A stretch of DNA of 63,737 bases, counting the filler, from Squatina squatina (Eukaryota), in NCBI GenBank assembly GCA_031763465.1. It is 3 parts of 3 records of this genome, joined end to end, with 100 filler letters (N's around TTAATTAATTAA, not from the genome) between each part and the next. Parts side by side here need not be neighbours in the genome. Positions count along the whole stretch, not along the records: positions 47,795 to 63,737 come from JARFOE010000036.1; 2 more parts are not named here. One strand, written 5' to 3'. The translations under genes were made by a program, and so were the position numbers. Numbering within the stretch: the first letter of the stretch is position 1; the number at the start of each line of letters is the position of its first letter. Of this stretch, positions 62,764 through 63,737 are shown in pieces. Under the pieces are notes generated by a model, which saw nothing but the letters and a program-made list of their open reading frames with translations, searched no databases and was not told where the DNA came from.

Positions 62764-63394
62764 NNNNNNNNNNNNNNNNNNNNNNNNNNNNNNNNNNNNN
62801 NNNNNNNNNNNNNNNNNNNNNNNNNNNNNNNNNNNNNNNNNNNNNNNNNNNNNNNNNNNNNNNCCCAACTGTGGTGGGGAAATGCTTCTCTCCGGAGAGA
62901 CAAGGATGTCATTTCATATGGCTCGCAACAGTGACGTGCCTTTTTGTTCTAAAGGCTGTTGTGGCTCCTTGGGGAGCAATTTGGATTTTTTGGACTCCTT
63001 GGAGAACACGACTGTGATGCAAGGACATGCAGCGGGGATGTGCTAACTAATCCAGTTCTTCAGTGCTGCAGTATTCTTTACTCCTTGTGTTTCTATTGAT
63101 GCATTTATGATACTGTGCTATTCAGGCAGTTTGGTGAACTTCACTGGCCAACAGTAGTAAACTTTGCGATAGTATGGCTAATGGCCTTGGATTAAGTTAA
63201 TATTTTCCCTCCTCCTTATTGCTGTGCAATAAATTGACAAACTTTTGTTTGACTGCTTACACTGTGCAAAGGTTTTTTGCTGCCAGGTCATGTTTAGAAG
63301 TGGTGCTGCCTTTGAATTTCTAGTAAAACAATTGGTACCAAGTGAGAATCGGCTAGGAAGCACCCTGGTTGGTTTGATTGACTTTTATTTGTTT

Positions 63395-63700
63395 TTGGGA
63401 TGTGGGCATTTATTGGCCATCCCTAGTTGCCCTTGAAGGAGGTGCTGCCTTCTTGAACTTTCAGTCTGTGTGCTGAAGGTACTTCCATAGTGAAACTTCC
63501 TTGTAACGGTTTGGTACAGAGGGCAGTTAAGAGTCACTCACATTGCTGAGGTTCTGGAGTCACATATAGGCCAGACTGGGTAAGAACGGCGGTTTTCCTA
63601 CCCTAAAGGACATTAGTGAACCCGATGGTTTTTATGACAATCTGGTAGTTTCATGGTCACCATTACTGATGCTAGCTTTTTATTCCAGATTTATTGATTT
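63395..63700 (-). mobile_element. LINE 3' end, family of 22199, internally deleted
   Basis: Contains GCATTTATTG.CCATCCCTAGTTGCCCTTGA and GAGGGCAGTTAAGAGTCA. Confidence 0.7.
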
Positions 63701-63737
63701 GATTTTTTGGGGATTTGAGCTCCTGTCTACGGATCAT

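Overview
This is vertebrate genomic DNA, not prokaryotic. The repeat content (CR1/L2 LINEs, SacSINE1/DeuSINE-like SINEs, Harbinger, hAT, Tigger and Penelope remnants) points to a cartilaginous fish. The window is a mosaic of roughly 0.5-4 kb contigs joined mostly by 100-N gaps. Two artificial TTAATTAATTAA linkers (22143, 47739) split it into three probably unrelated segments. Segment 1 holds the first coding exon of PPM1K, an unidentified coiled-coil exon and enhancer-like DNA. Segment 2 holds a CYP7B1 exon and the 5' part of LRATD2/FAM84B. Segment 3 holds the promoter and three exons of ELAVL3 (HuC), two convergent PRKCSH exons (including the HDEL terminal coding exon), the end of ZSWIM4 exon 1, and a stray Lbc-family (ARHGEF18-like) C1-domain exon. 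Gene calls come from recalled similarity of hand translations, not database searches. I found no convincing new biological system. The best leads are the RhoGEF exon sharing a gap-free contig with the ELAVL3 hinge exon, a reconstructable intron-containing Harbinger family, MITEs carrying NRF1 motifs, an inverted double-octamer element, and several orphan exons.
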